Positions 30,812 through 41,485 of a stretch of 64,000 bases of DNA are shown here, in pieces. The notes beneath the pieces are model-generated. The model did no database searches, was not told the origin of the DNA, and was given only the letters and a program-made list of their open reading frames with translations. Location of the stretch: positions 64,001 through 128,000 of the IMG/VR virus record IMGVR_UViG_3300028833_000075, one strand, 5' to 3'. A program made the position numbers and the translations under genes. The DNA is from a virus. Its lineage: Duplodnaviria > Caudoviricetes. Numbering within the stretch: position 1 is the stretch's first letter; every line of letters starts with the position of its first letter.

Positions 30812-32458
30812 TTAAAATCTTGAAACTACTCCAATTGCGGGAGTGCCACGATGGAAACGTTTGACGTTTTCTTTTTCAAGTTCGCTTATGTAATCGTTTG
30901 CCATTGCTAAACTTGAATATCTGTCCTTATGCTGTCCTGAATGTGGAACGTCGTATGTTTTGTTGCCGGAAGAAGATGTCTTCTCAACAATGTTCCCCAT
31001 TTCAAACTGAAGAGCATCTGTTTCCAAGAAGATGGCAAGTTCTTCTCTGGACATTCTCTGTTCTTCGTTTTCGATCTCCTGTTGCCTTGCACGCATCGTT
31101 CTTTCCTGAATAGGCAGTTCCAGCATTCTTTTTTCCAAAGCCACTCTAAGGTTTGTATAGATTCTTTGGTTTAATGTGTTGACTGCCCTGAAAGGATGTA
31201 GCACTTGTTTGGCGTCAGGGTTCATGTTAGGTTCGTCGTCCACCACCAAAGGAGGAAACTCTTTTCCTGAAGCCGGATCCAACCATTCTCGGTCGAAGAA
31301 TCTATCAAAACTGTCTCCGACACCCCGTGCGTCATAGATAATCTTCTCTGCGTTAGGGAACTTAATATGATAATATCTTCTGACTTCGTCTGCGAGGTAG
31401 TCTAATGGTTTACCGTTATAGCTCCGCATATTAACTAACTTTCTGGCGTAAGTCCCGTCTTTACATTCCGTATACTTAACTACGCTTAATATGCTGTTAT
31501 CGGAACCTTTTGCCGTAGAAGTAGCGATATCCAGACAGATAACATACTTGGATTTGGAATTCTTCGGCTGTTCCATTTCAATCTTATCCAACGTCCTGCA
31601 AGGAGTTGTTAAAGCAAAAGGTAAAGCCGAGTTGGAATTAGCTCCTACAAATTTAGAACCATACTCCATATCGAACGTGGCTTCAGGCATACGTTCTTTT
31701 TCCTTCATGAAGAAATCCATGTCTGTGATTCCATTCGCAGCCGCAGACCGATAATCCAAAGCACAGCAGAATACAGACTTGTCTCCCTTTGCCATACGAG
31801 TCAGGTCTTTCATAAAGTTTGTGTAATACTGATTGCTCTTTTCGCAGGCTGAAGTAATGGTAATAGTCTTTGAAGCGAAATCTTTGAATCCATAGTTGAA
31901 ACAAACTTCTCTTGTCGTGTTACGAATAGGAGAAACAACCGCCTCCAAAGTATCCTGATCTACATCAAGCGCCTCGTCGATTATTATGATCTTTGCGCGA
32001 ATACCTCTCGCGCTGTCGATAGAAGCTGAGATCAATTTGCTGCCATTCTTTAACGTACAGCTAGAACTATCCTTAGATACTTGGACTAACGATTTTGAAT
32101 TAGCGGCGGATATTTCGTTTGCGATATTTGGATTCTGTTCTGCTAATAGTTTTAATTTGCCTAAGGCCAACGTAGCCTGTCTAGCCGTAGCAGAAACAAT
32201 CAACACCGTCGTGCCTGGATACAGACAGCATAGTCCGAATCCGCCGAGCGAAGCGAGCCATGTCTTACCGTATCCACGGGAACATGTGTCTTTTGAGTCA
32301 ACACAGTTACCCATTTGCCTAAGCATAACGTGTTGCGTTCTTGTAAGCTTGATAGGTTGAAACGCATCTTCCACAAACACATCAAGATGAGATCTGTAGA
32401 ACATGACTTGTTCTTCCATAAGATCCCATCTTGTAACAACACCTGGGCGGGCTATCAT
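30812..32458 (-). CDS. terL: Terminase large subunit
   Basis: SRGYGKT Walker A, IIIIDEA Walker B, CLDIA...SDNS and HKDRYSSL nuclease motifs. Confidence 0.9.
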   Translation of the reverse strand: MIARPGVVTRWDLMEEQVMFYRSHLDVFVEDAFQPIKLTRTQHVMLRQMGNCVDSKDTCSRGYGKTWLASLGGFGLCCLYPGTTVLIVSATARQATLALGKLKLLAEQNPNIANEISAANSKSLVQVSKDSSSCTLKNGSKLISASIDSARGIRAKIIIIDEALDVDQDTLEAVVSPIRNTTREVCFNYGFKDFASKTITITSACEKSNQYYTNFMKDLTRMAKGDKSVFCCALDYRSAAANGITDMDFFMKEKERMPEATFDMEYGSKFVGANSNSALPFALTTPCRTLDKIEMEQPKNSKSKYVICLDIATSTAKGSDNSILSVVKYTECKDGTYARKLVNMRSYNGKPLDYLADEVRRYYHIKFPNAEKIIYDARGVGDSFDRFFDREWLDPASGKEFPPLVVDDEPNMNPDAKQVLHPFRAVNTLNQRIYTNLRVALEKRMLELPIQERTMRARQQEIENEEQRMSREELAIFLETDALQFEMGNIVEKTSSSGNKTYDVPHSGQHKDRYSSLAMANDYISELEKENVKRFHRGTPAIGVVSRF

Positions 32459-32462
32459 ACGA

Positions 32463-33365
32463 TCACGCTCCGTTCAGGTCGAGAGCTTCAACAATATATC
32501 GGAACTCTTCTATTGTTTTGTCTACGTCGTCTTTCGGCCATTCTATTTTACGAGTCATTGTATAACCGTTTGACTCCAAAAAGAACGAAGTTTCAGACCA
32601 ACTGCTGAGGCCGCCCTTATCTCCAGGTTTCCGCTTTGAAGCAGAAAAGTTGCCGGACTTCGAAAGTAAATCGAATAAAGTAACAGCGTCTTTAACGTCC
32701 TGTAGGGTTGCCTGACCCGCCATATACCTGTCTTGTACTCTGTCTGCCTGTAAAGATGCTTTTGCTAATTTCTTGGCCGTGTCTCTCAGGTTGACATCGC
32801 TTAATTCGAAATCGTTCTCCAGTTGATGGTAATACTCTTCCAAGTATTTAAGTTCATCCGGCTTAAAATAGCCGTTGAATTCTTCCGAATATGTTTTTAC
32901 GTTCGGGTCTTTTTCCTCAGATTTCTCGTCTAAAACCTGCCCGGCTTCCTTTGCGTCCTGATACGTCTGAACGTTAATATCGTTTGTATGATCTACAAAC
33001 TTATAGTTAATCTGCATAGACTTGATAACATTCTGACATGTCAGTCTGTCGAGGATGCCTTTCTTTGTTTCGTCGAAAGCTTTCTGGTAGGTCTTATTTT
33101 TGTTTGCTGCGAGTTCAGCTTTCTTTCTGGAACTGGTCCAGAGCTTCTCGTTCCATTCTCTGTTATTTTCCCAGAAATACTCCCTTAACTCGTCTTTCGA
33201 TGCACATTTAGACACGCAGTCTTTACACCATACATCTTTTCCTAATTGTTCTGTCCAATCCCGATTGGAATAATAGTCCGTAAGAAATTTAGTCTGCTTA
33301 CACTTGGAACAGATTTTTGTAACAGGAGGGGCCGCATTTCTGGGTTTTGAAGGCTTTGTCGGCAT
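32463..33365 (-). CDS. Zn-finger protein upstream of terL (possible terminase small subunit)
   Basis: CSKC...CKDC N-terminus; adjacent to terL. Confidence 0.55.
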   Translation of the reverse strand: MPTKPSKPRNAAPPVTKICSKCKQTKFLTDYYSNRDWTEQLGKDVWCKDCVSKCASKDELREYFWENNREWNEKLWTSSRKKAELAANKNKTYQKAFDETKKGILDRLTCQNVIKSMQINYKFVDHTNDINVQTYQDAKEAGQVLDEKSEEKDPNVKTYSEEFNGYFKPDELKYLEEYYHQLENDFELSDVNLRDTAKKLAKASLQADRVQDRYMAGQATLQDVKDAVTLFDLLSKSGNFSASKRKPGDKGGLSSWSETSFFLESNGYTMTRKIEWPKDDVDKTIEEFRYIVEALDLNGA

Positions 33366-33745
33366 TAGATAGTGTCGTCCTTCTCTTCTTGCGCTGCTTC
33401 GATTTGCTTTGCGGCCTTTTCCAATATCTCCTGAGCTTTCTTAATTTCGTCGTGCGAAAGAACGTATTCTTCTTTCGACGGCTCCGGCATAGTTGCTACT
33501 GTTCCGCCTTTCTTTGCAGACTTCTTTATATTCCGTTCAGCTTCAATCGTTGCATAGAATTCTACAAGTGCTGCAAACAACGCAGGTGTCTTCCGGTACT
33601 TATATTGTGAAATACCGTAATCCTGAGTTTTACGAACAAACGTATATTTAATTCCCTTTTCTGTAAGAAATCTTACTTCCCGGAGAAACTCCGTCATGTA
33701 CTCAGAATCGAATGCCTGCTTGGGTAATTTCCTTTCGTTATCCAT
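33365..33745 (-). CDS. First gene of late operon, hypothetical
   Basis: AGGAGAG RBS; 126 aa. Confidence 0.7.
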   Translation of the reverse strand: MDNERKLPKQAFDSEYMTEFLREVRFLTEKGIKYTFVRKTQDYGISQYKYRKTPALFAALVEFYATIEAERNIKKSAKKGGTVATMPEPSKEEYVLSHDEIKKAQEILEKAAKQIEAAQEEKDDTI

Positions 33746-33824
33746 AAATAATCTCTCCTTAATCTCCGAACATTAATTTAAATTTTTAGAAAAATGTTCG
33801 GTAAAAAAAATATTTGGGGTTCTT

Positions 33825-33849
33825 TCCCCTTTACATGGATTCTCGAATG
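33825..33849 (-). promoter_or_regulatory. Phage promoter-like motif heading the morphogenesis operon
   Basis: CATTCGAGAATCCATGTAAAGGGGA ~80 bp upstream of 33745. Confidence 0.6.
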
Positions 33850-34020
33850 TACGTTTTATTTTTTCTGTAAAAAATGTTTTGTTTTTAAAAAATATTTAAG
33901 AAATAACCAACAGAGATTTACGCATTAAAGCGTGGAGATTTAATTTTGCGCAGTTTTTTAACGAGCGTAGCGAGATAGATATACGGCAAAATCTATACAA
34001 AAACACATAGGACGAGAGGG

Positions 34021-34081
34021 GATGAGTTGATGAGATGAGTTGATGAGATGAGTTGATGAGATGAGTTGATGAGATGAGTTG
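34021..34081. repeat. Tandem 13-bp repeat (GATGAGTTGATGA) x4.7
   Basis: Read directly; sits at the divergence point between late and early arms. Confidence 0.9.
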
Positions 34082-34238
34082 GAAAAGAACAGATATATCT
34101 TTTTTTATTTCTACGGAAACTTTCCAGCGTAAATGGAGGGGTTCCTCGGTTAACCCGTTAGCCGGATCGCTTGACGATCTCTCTAATTAACGGGAGAGCG
34201 CGACAGCTCAAAAAGGAGCGGCGCAAGGAGGTATTATC

Positions 34239-34394
34239 ATGAAGACCATTAGCTGCATTATCAAGAAGGTTGATCGTTTCAACTACAAAGTCGTCCTCGT
34301 TTACGAAAACGGTACCCGCAACGAACTGCCTGCAACCATGACTCTGCATACCGCCCATGAAGTCCAGAAACTGTTTCGTAAAACTGTTTCGTAA
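34239..34394 (+). CDS. Small early protein (51 aa)
   Basis: AAGGAGG RBS, MKTISCIIKKVDRFNYK...; below ORF-track cutoff. Confidence 0.6.
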   Translation: MKTISCIIKKVDRFNYKVVLVYENGTRNELPATMTLHTAHEVQKLFRKTVS

Positions 34395-34402
34395 GTAAAG
34401 AA

Positions 34403-34434
34403 AAGGAGCTTCGGCTCCTTTTTTTATTTTTACG
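34403..34434 (+). promoter_or_regulatory. Hairpin + T7-A-T4/5-(A/C)ACG element (one of ~9 copies)
   Basis: GGAGC-TTCG-GCTCC then TTTTTTTATTTTTACG; repeated before successive early genes. Confidence 0.6.
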
Positions 34435-34481
34435 AACGCTCAGACGTGAGTGTGATTTCAAAAATAAAGGAGGAAACCAAA

Positions 34482-34769
34482 ATGACAAAACATTATAACT
34501 TTACGGAGTTTCAAAAGCTTCGTAAAGACGCGGAGCGCAAAATCCGTAAAAACGACAATCCGAAATATCAGATGGTTCGTGTTATGGAGGCCGCACGATA
34601 CCTCCACAACACAACCAGAAGGGAGGTTGAGCTCGCAATCGCGTACGCCGTACGTGTTGAGCTCATGGTATCCCCTGAAAAAGTCCACCCGGATGACGCC
34701 GCAGCGGCTTTTCGTTGCATCGGAAGCAATGGAAAATACAATATGCCCATCTATCAGTATATTGACTGA
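34482..34769 (+). CDS. Early hypothetical protein
   Basis: AAGGAGG RBS. Confidence 0.7.
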   Translation: MTKHYNFTEFQKLRKDAERKIRKNDNPKYQMVRVMEAARYLHNTTRREVELAIAYAVRVELMVSPEKVHPDDAAAAFRCIGSNGKYNMPIYQYID

Positions 34770-34849
34770 TAGGCAAAAAGACTCATTTGAGAAAACTCAT
34801 TTGAGTCTTTTTTTTTATTTTAACGAACGCTGAGAAAGGAGGTTCAAGT

Positions 34850-35083
34850 ATGAAGAAGGTTTTGGCCATTCTGTTGATGATCGTGCTACTGATCAGCACG
34901 GCCGTCGCGGAATCTTGGACTGTCTTTGTTGTCGGGTTTGACTTCTTGAATGCAGAAGTCATACTCGAGGACGAGGACGGCTTCCAATGGTTCTGCCCAT
35001 TCGGAAAGAACAATTGGGAACTCGGACAGGAGTTCGAATTGGTTTTCTCCGAAAATGGAATTGAGATCTGGGAGGTAGAATAA
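34850..35083 (+). CDS. Small secreted/membrane early protein
   Basis: AAGGAGG RBS; signal-peptide-like MKKVLAILLMIVLLISTAVAE. Confidence 0.7.
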   Translation: MKKVLAILLMIVLLISTAVAESWTVFVVGFDFLNAEVILEDEDGFQWFCPFGKNNWELGQEFELVFSENGIEIWEVE

Positions 35084-35591
35084 CCGGATTTCTAAGAGCG
35101 CAGCAATCCAGCTACGCTCTTTTTTTATTTTTAACGAACACCAAAGAAAGGAGGTGCCAATATGGCAACAGTAATAGTTGCTGTCATTCTGGCGGCGTTG
35201 TTGCTTCCGGACGTAATCCGCTATTACGCAGATTACTATAGAAAGTAAAAAAAGGAGGTGGTCAAACATGTTAGAGATTATTATAAAGTCTCTGGCATTG
35301 CTTCTCCCCTTAGGAGGAGCATCGTCTTGGATAATTCTTAAATTATCCAAGAAATGGGAACGGGAGTAATCCCGTTCCTTTTTTTTATTTTTTACGGCGG
35401 TCCGCCGGAGCACCTTGAGAAAGTGCGACCTTGGCATTAAAACCGCACAACCGTTGTCTCGATTTAACCCAAGCCTGAGTCTGTCCCGACTCCGCTTGTG
35501 GGGATGCAGTCCCGGGGAGCCCCGGCGTACGCGAAAACGAAACGGGTTCGCAAACATTATAGACAGCTGAAAAGACAGCAGGAGGTACATT

Positions 35592-38500
35592 ATGAAAAAG
35601 ACTTGGTCTGAAATCATCACCACAACCCTGAAGGCGGCTCGGATTCCCGCCAACATCATCATCCTGATCCTCACGCTGGGAAAGAACAACCTTACGGAGA
35701 TCATTTACTCTGCCAACATGGCGGCTTTGACCACGCTCCCCGGCATTGCTGAGAAGCGGGCCACCGTCATCATCGCCGCCCTGAAGCAGAAGCTGATGGA
35801 TGGAAGACTCAGCACCAAAGCTGAGAAACGGGAGAAGGCTCCCGGATACAGTCTGAAGTCATTCGCTAAAGAAGAGCTTTGGCGGGACGTTCTCGATCTT
35901 GCGGTCAGCATCGCAGAATATCGTCCGCAGAAAGACGAAGATCCTGCGATCCGTCAGCGGTATGCCATCATGCTGAAGGATCTGGAAAACAAGGTCTTCG
36001 GCATGAAGTTGACAGTGCGGCAGAAGATGGGCCGCATCGTTCGTCTGAACAAGTCAGCCGTTTCTGAAGTGCTGGGTATCCAGTATGACGAAAAGACGCC
36101 GACCAATCGGCTCACTGTTGTTGAGCATGGAGTGCAGGAATTGTTCAGCTTCAGCCCGGCACTATTTAGCAACGATCTTCGAATTGGCAACGAACTCCAA
36201 ATTGAATTCCAGAAGCGTATTATGCGCAAGCTGGTTACTGAAGGAGTTGCTGTCATCGGTAGAGATGTGAAGCTCTACGGTGTTCTGGCAAGCTCCAGCT
36301 CCCACCAGAAACAGGAAAAGGTTCTGATGGTGGGGTCTACTGAACTGAAAGAACATAAAGAGTTCTTCTGGTTCGGAAAGAGTCTGAATGAATTTGCAAC
36401 TGAGACGAAAATGCTCGGAGCAGAGAGGCTTAAGGCAACAGCGAACTTGATTAGGCCTTGGATGAAACCGTTCACAACAAAGAACGGCGAAACCATCAAA
36501 ATGAAGGACGTTCTCTTCGTAAAAGACGTAGAGAAAGTTTACTTCATCAAGAACGCTCGCACTATTGGTTCGCTTAATGGAGCGAACTACAAAGACGGAC
36601 CCGCCAAGGAATCCAAAGTACTTGGCGATGGAGCAATTATCTCTCTGGTTGCACTTGAATTCCAGGGACAGTGCTCAAGCACGGGACTTAAAGGATTCCT
36701 ATGCGATGGTACGAGCGCTATCAAAGCGCTGTGCGAAAAGCACAACCTTACTCTGAAAGAGTTCTACGAGCTGCAGGTCGAAGGAATCGATGGAAAACTC
36801 CATCGTATCGGAGACTATAAAGCTATTTCAGGAGAAGGATGCTGGAAGCTTGACAAAGCATTCAGTAGCTTTAACAACTACATGGAATGGCTTGTAGAAC
36901 TATCTGAGCGGTACAACGGTCTGGATAACCTGTATCTGCTCCGTCAGGCAGAGGAAATCGAAGACGAAGAAAAGGTTCGCCGTCTAACTAAGTCTTTGAT
37001 CCAGCAGTGGATGTACATGTCTGCTGCTGAAATCCGGAAGCTGACGAGAAACGCACGGAATGATCTGAAGAAGGCAAAAACCTTCGCAGGTTCTGTGAAG
37101 AAACTTGCAGGTCTTTGGAAAGCAAGCGAAGACAGAACAGCTGTAGAAAATCTCTTCTACGCATCTCCGTGGTTGATTGTGAATCCGGTCATCCAGCAGT
37201 ATCTGGAAGAAAGCTGGAACCGGAAGGTAATCGAAGCTGCATCCTGCAAATTTAGAACGCAGGGACAGTACCCGTACATCATGCAGGATCCGGTTGCCCT
37301 GCTTGAAGTTTGGGTTCTCGGAATGGATCCCAACCGTGATGATCTCGGGATTCTGAAGGGAGATGAGGTCAGCGTTGCTGACGTACCAGAAGACAAAGAG
37401 CTTCTGTGTGTCCGTTTCCCGGCGAACTTCCTCACGGCTATGGTTATGAAGAACCGTGCCTGCCGCGAAGTGTTCGACAGCTTGAACGGAGTAATGGTAA
37501 TATCCATTTACTCTGATATCCTGATTCGTCAGGATGGCGATGTAGATGGCGACGAAATGTGCGTCATCTACGACAAGTTAGCGATCGCGCTGACCAAGCG
37601 GATGAACGAGAAATACAATCCGCCTGTCGTGCTGTTCGCACATGGATCCAAAGCTGAACGGCATGGGTACGCCGACGCCAAGGAATTCCTGAATGACGTT
37701 GCAGATGCTCTTTGGAGAGCAAAGCGGTATGACAGCGTCGGCATCTACGCCAACCTTGCGATGAAATGTTGCTATCTCGCTTCTGTATACGAAGCGAAGG
37801 GCGATACGAAGCGTAGGGATCTGGCGTTAATTTGGATGTCTGCCGCTTCAACAGGAGCGATCCTGGCGATTGACCAAGTCAAGGGCAATGCCGTTGACGA
37901 GGGTTTGATTAACTGGATTGAAATAATCCAAAAGTCCGTCAGAAAAGCGTTCAAAGAGATCGCCGCCGAAATGGGCTTCTGCAAGGAAGAACAGTCCCGG
38001 AGACAGTCTCCGTTCACGCACTTCTATAACGAAGCGGCGAAGCGGCGTCCGATCACCATGGACGTGTGCCTGCCTGCCAACAAAGATAACTTTGTTGATC
38101 AGGTTAGCAACATCATTCTGCATGACGCTGGAACATGGAGCGAGTTCGATGCACAGGGCGTCGTCTGGAATACAGACGCGGCCTGCGAAGCGCTGCTTGA
38201 TCACTCCATGCCCATGGAGATGAAAGTCAAGTACGGCGTCGTGTCACAGAAGCTGATCAACACGCTCGGCGAAAACTGGTTCAAGTTCGCGGCAAAGGCT
38301 GATGAGGTCGACGCGACACTGGAGACCAGAAAGAAGCTGAAAGTCGGAGGCCAGCTTGGTATGAAGGAATTCATGCTGCTGCTGTGGAGAAACGAAAGCT
38401 CCATGGCCTACAGCATGGAAGGCCGCACTCTCTGGGAAAAGAAAGAGGAGTATTACGACACATGTCGTGAACTCATCCAGATGTTCCTCGAATCTGGAGA

Positions 38501-38924
38501 CTGGGTAAACAAGTACGCCAAATCGTTCCCGGAAGGCTACGAGTTCACTATGACTGAGCGTTGGACAATTACCGTGAATGCGGTGATCCGCGACGCTCTT
38601 GAACTGAACGGCGGGAACGGTGTCGATAAGAAAGGTTCCTATGCCATGTTCTGTCTGAGAGTGTTCGCCAGTGACATTCTTGCGAATCTGAAGAAGAACC
38701 GGGTGGATAACGCCCGGTTCCTTCTGTCAGATGCGTATATGGATGACATCATAGCAGACTTGGATTTCGAGAAAGCTCAGGAAACTCTTGAGCTGTTCGA
38801 GAATGCTCCGATTCAGGATGTTTGCATCAACGAACCGGAAGAGTTCCAGCCGGTGAATGACGATGATTCGTTCTGGTTCTCGGACGAAGCTCCCGACGAC
38901 GAGAGCGTCCCGGAAGAGATCTGA
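35592..38924 (+). CDS. Single-chain two-barrel RNA polymerase (SPbeta YonO / QDE-1-like)
   Basis: GDGAII...GLKG, VRFP, QDGDVDGDE catalytic motif, AIDQVKG; N-terminal HhH-like LPGIAEKRA; acidic C-tail. Confidence 0.85.
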   Translation: MKKTWSEIITTTLKAARIPANIIILILTLGKNNLTEIIYSANMAALTTLPGIAEKRATVIIAALKQKLMDGRLSTKAEKREKAPGYSLKSFAKEELWRDVLDLAVSIAEYRPQKDEDPAIRQRYAIMLKDLENKVFGMKLTVRQKMGRIVRLNKSAVSEVLGIQYDEKTPTNRLTVVEHGVQELFSFSPALFSNDLRIGNELQIEFQKRIMRKLVTEGVAVIGRDVKLYGVLASSSSHQKQEKVLMVGSTELKEHKEFFWFGKSLNEFATETKMLGAERLKATANLIRPWMKPFTTKNGETIKMKDVLFVKDVEKVYFIKNARTIGSLNGANYKDGPAKESKVLGDGAIISLVALEFQGQCSSTGLKGFLCDGTSAIKALCEKHNLTLKEFYELQVEGIDGKLHRIGDYKAISGEGCWKLDKAFSSFNNYMEWLVELSERYNGLDNLYLLRQAEEIEDEEKVRRLTKSLIQQWMYMSAAEIRKLTRNARNDLKKAKTFAGSVKKLAGLWKASEDRTAVENLFYASPWLIVNPVIQQYLEESWNRKVIEAASCKFRTQGQYPYIMQDPVALLEVWVLGMDPNRDDLGILKGDEVSVADVPEDKELLCVRFPANFLTAMVMKNRACREVFDSLNGVMVISIYSDILIRQDGDVDGDEMCVIYDKLAIALTKRMNEKYNPPVVLFAHGSKAERHGYADAKEFLNDVADALWRAKRYDSVGIYANLAMKCCYLASVYEAKGDTKRRDLALIWMSAASTGAILAIDQVKGNAVDEGLINWIEIIQKSVRKAFKEIAAEMGFCKEEQSRRQSPFTHFYNEAAKRRPITMDVCLPANKDNFVDQVSNIILHDAGTWSEFDAQGVVWNTDAACEALLDHSMPMEMKVKYGVVSQKLINTLGENWFKFAAKADEVDATLETRKKLKVGGQLGMKEFMLLLWRNESSMAYSMEGRTLWEKKEEYYDTCRELIQMFLESGDWVNKYAKSFPEGYEFTMTERWTITVNAVIRDALELNGGNGVDKKGSYAMFCLRVFASDILANLKKNRVDNARFLLSDAYMDDIIADLDFEKAQETLELFENAPIQDVCINEPEEFQPVNDDDSFWFSDEAPDDESVPEEI

Positions 38925-39013
38925 CACTTGCAACATGGAGACTGCTGAAAAGCGGTCTCCTTTTTTTATTTTCACGCAGACGGAAGTCTAGCAAAAATAA
39001 AGGAGGAGATCCC

Positions 39014-39427
39014 ATGTTCCAGATTTTATTCAAAGACGACGAAGGTCGCGATGTCCTTATGATGGACAAAATGACTGAAAAGATGGCTGATATCACTATC
39101 CAGCGGCTTTCAAATTCTGGCATCAGAGCCGTAAAAGTGAATGCTGCTGAAAAGAAATATCACCTTGCAAAAGTGGTATTTGACCTTCAGTTGATCTCGG
39201 CTGCCAAAAAGGCCATAAAGAATGGCACCGAGATGAAAGGCGTCTACACCTTTGGAGATCCTGACAAGATCGCTAAAGAAGATTCTGCTGTTGTTGTTGA
39301 GTGTACCACTGGCAAAAAGAAAGTCGCATATGTCGTCTGCCTGTGGATGGCGACCGCCGAAGAGATTAAGGCTTTTAAGTCCAAGATTGGTTATTCAAAA
39401 CTTGGTCTTTGTTGTGGAAAGATATAA
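39014..39427 (+). CDS. Hypothetical protein
   Basis: AGGAGG RBS. Confidence 0.7.
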   Translation: MFQILFKDDEGRDVLMMDKMTEKMADITIQRLSNSGIRAVKVNAAEKKYHLAKVVFDLQLISAAKKAIKNGTEMKGVYTFGDPDKIAKEDSAVVVECTTGKKKVAYVVCLWMATAEEIKAFKSKIGYSKLGLCCGKI

Positions 39428-39482
39428 AGAGTGAAAGGAGATAATCAAAGAGAGCTTCGGCTCTCTTTTTTTTATTTTTACG

Positions 39483-40410
39483 GCAGCCTGAGCCAAGGGG
39501 AGTGAAAGCTCCCCAAATTCAGGCAGGGCGACCCATTTTTCAGGCGGGGGGAATTTTTCCGCTTCGCTACTCTGCGCCTTTTCCGAGGATCTCGACACGC
39601 GAAGAGTGGCCACCTTGCGGTGGCCGTGGAAAGTGCATGACTGCAATCTCCATGATTGCAGTTTCTGCGTAGTATCGCCAGAGATCGCCTTGCGGCGGCA
39701 ACGGGACACGGTAGGCTGGCAACTACCGCAGGGGCATCACCTGTAAAAGCTTCGGCGCATTGATGCTGGCCCAACGTGTACCCTGCATGAGTGGTACACC
39801 GAACAGGGCATCCTAGCTGGCTGGCAGCGAGCCGCAGTAGACACCTGCGTTACGCAAGCCGTTGGAATAACGTAGAAGCCCGCATGCGACAGCGTGAACA
39901 TGCCGCAGGAGTGCGTGAAACCCCGGCGACCTGCTATAGTCGTGAGCCCACCCAGAGGGCTGGGCGGCAGAAACGTTGCGAAGGCTGTCAGATAGACAGT
40001 CGTAAACACCCAAAGACCATGCTGTGCGGTAGAACACCGTAGAACGGACGCGAAAATCCGTGGCGGCGCAGAAGCTACCCTGCGTTATCAAAGCAGGCCT
40101 TGGCGGTTGGTGAATGATAGGGGAACCGCTCTCAGGACGCACAGTGCCACAAGTGCGTGTACGAGAAGACAGCAGGCACAGACCAGATGGTCGACACTCT
40201 GGTTCCCTTTGCAGAGGGCACCCGAATGGACTGCAATCTATTTCGGGTGTAATGCGCCGCCGCCGAGTCCCAAGCCTCGGGGTTTATACGCAGGTACGTC
40301 CGGGTACACGTTACTGCCCACCATATTTCACTTCCGCAGCGTTGTGCTGAGAACAGCGTTGCGTTGTTGTGTGCCTTTCCGACCGCCTTGCGGCTGGTTT
40401 GGAATATGAG
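39483..40410 (+). ncRNA. Candidate large structured non-coding RNA (~0.9 kb)
   Basis: GC-rich, no RBS-led credible ORF, many stem-loops (GGGGAG-TGAAAG-CTCCCC; GGCCACC-TTGC-GGTGGCC), starts right after an early promoter-like element. Confidence 0.45.
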
Positions 40411-40435
40411 AAATAATTTTCAGGGAGGTAGAACC

Positions 40436-40615
40436 ATGTCGAAAGTGAATGAGATGAATTTTGTCCTTCAGGGGCTGTATAAAGAGCTGAATGCTCTGAA
40501 GAAGGCTCAGCCGACTGAAAGGAACCTGGAAGCTGTTCGCTCGATTGAAAAACGGGCGAAAGAACTGACGATCGCCATCCGCCAGTATAAGCTGTCCAGG
40601 GGAATGGCTGCTTAA
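40436..40615 (+). CDS. Small hypothetical protein
   Basis: GGGAGG RBS, MSKVNEMNF... Confidence 0.65.
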   Translation: MSKVNEMNFVLQGLYKELNALKKAQPTERNLEAVRSIEKRAKELTIAIRQYKLSRGMAA

Positions 40616-40921
40616 TTAATTACCTGCCCTGGCTGCTGCTACGCGCCGGTCGGGGCGGAAGATGTTCGACTCAGCCGTCGTGGTTTCCCTTCTCCACGGC
40701 TGGCTGACTTGAGCACCTTCTTCTTCATCCGGGTACAGCCCGGCACCTCCTTTCTTCAACTTGGACAGGGTAGGGGACAACCCTGTTCGAGGGCAGGCAT
40801 GCGTCGGATGACGTGTGCCTGTTTTTTTGTTTCGTCAAATCCGGATTATTTCCGGTGGGGATATTTTCCGAGGGCGGGGAATTTTTCGCTCACGCTCAAT
40901 TTGGAATACGGAGGTATTCAT

Positions 40922-41083
40922 ATGCAGAAAATGATTCCGAAATTGAAGATGTCAAAGAAAGCCCGTGACGAGCTGAACAAGCAGAAACGAGCCACTTGGG
41001 CATTCTCTCCTGTCTCGCGGGTTAAGCAATCTAAGAAGGTTTACAACCGAAAGCGGTCGCGTAGACCTGACGTTGTGGATTAA
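40922..41083 (+). CDS. Small basic protein
   Basis: GGAGG RBS, MQKMIPKLKMSKKARDELNKQKRATW...KVYNRK. Confidence 0.65.
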   Translation: MQKMIPKLKMSKKARDELNKQKRATWAFSPVSRVKQSKKVYNRKRSRRPDVVD

Positions 41084-41485
41084 CCGCCTTACGGCGGGAA
41101 CGGGATATGAGGATTCGTTCCTCCGCCAAATTGCTTGAAAGGAGGACTGCAGATTGCATAGCTACACCGCATACACCTATTCGGACTACTGGCGTGAATT
41201 GCCTGCCCCTGTAGTCCTCCCAAGACCACATAAAACGATTGGCCGCAAGCTTTGCGGTCATGACTCGACGACTCCGCCGTTGGATTTCCGATCAAATCCA
41301 GAATCCCCTGTTTGACTGCAAGTAAGACGTACAGGGAATCAAAAGAGTCCGGTGGAGTAACAGTGCACGGTGAAACACCCCGTCTCGACGAGCGGGCAGG
41401 ACGAGTACAGAGAGATGGAAAGTCCTGTAGAAGTCGCTAGCTGGAAACCGCAAGCCCAGCTGACGGAATTTAAGGAGGTAATAAC

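Noticed and set aside
34021-34081. Possible CRISPR array
   Set aside because: Head-to-tail 13-bp repeat with no spacers; no cas genes in window
41330-41430. RNase P-like words (GGAAAGTCC, GGTGAAAC)
   Set aside because: Motifs are in the wrong order and no matching P4 3' strand was found
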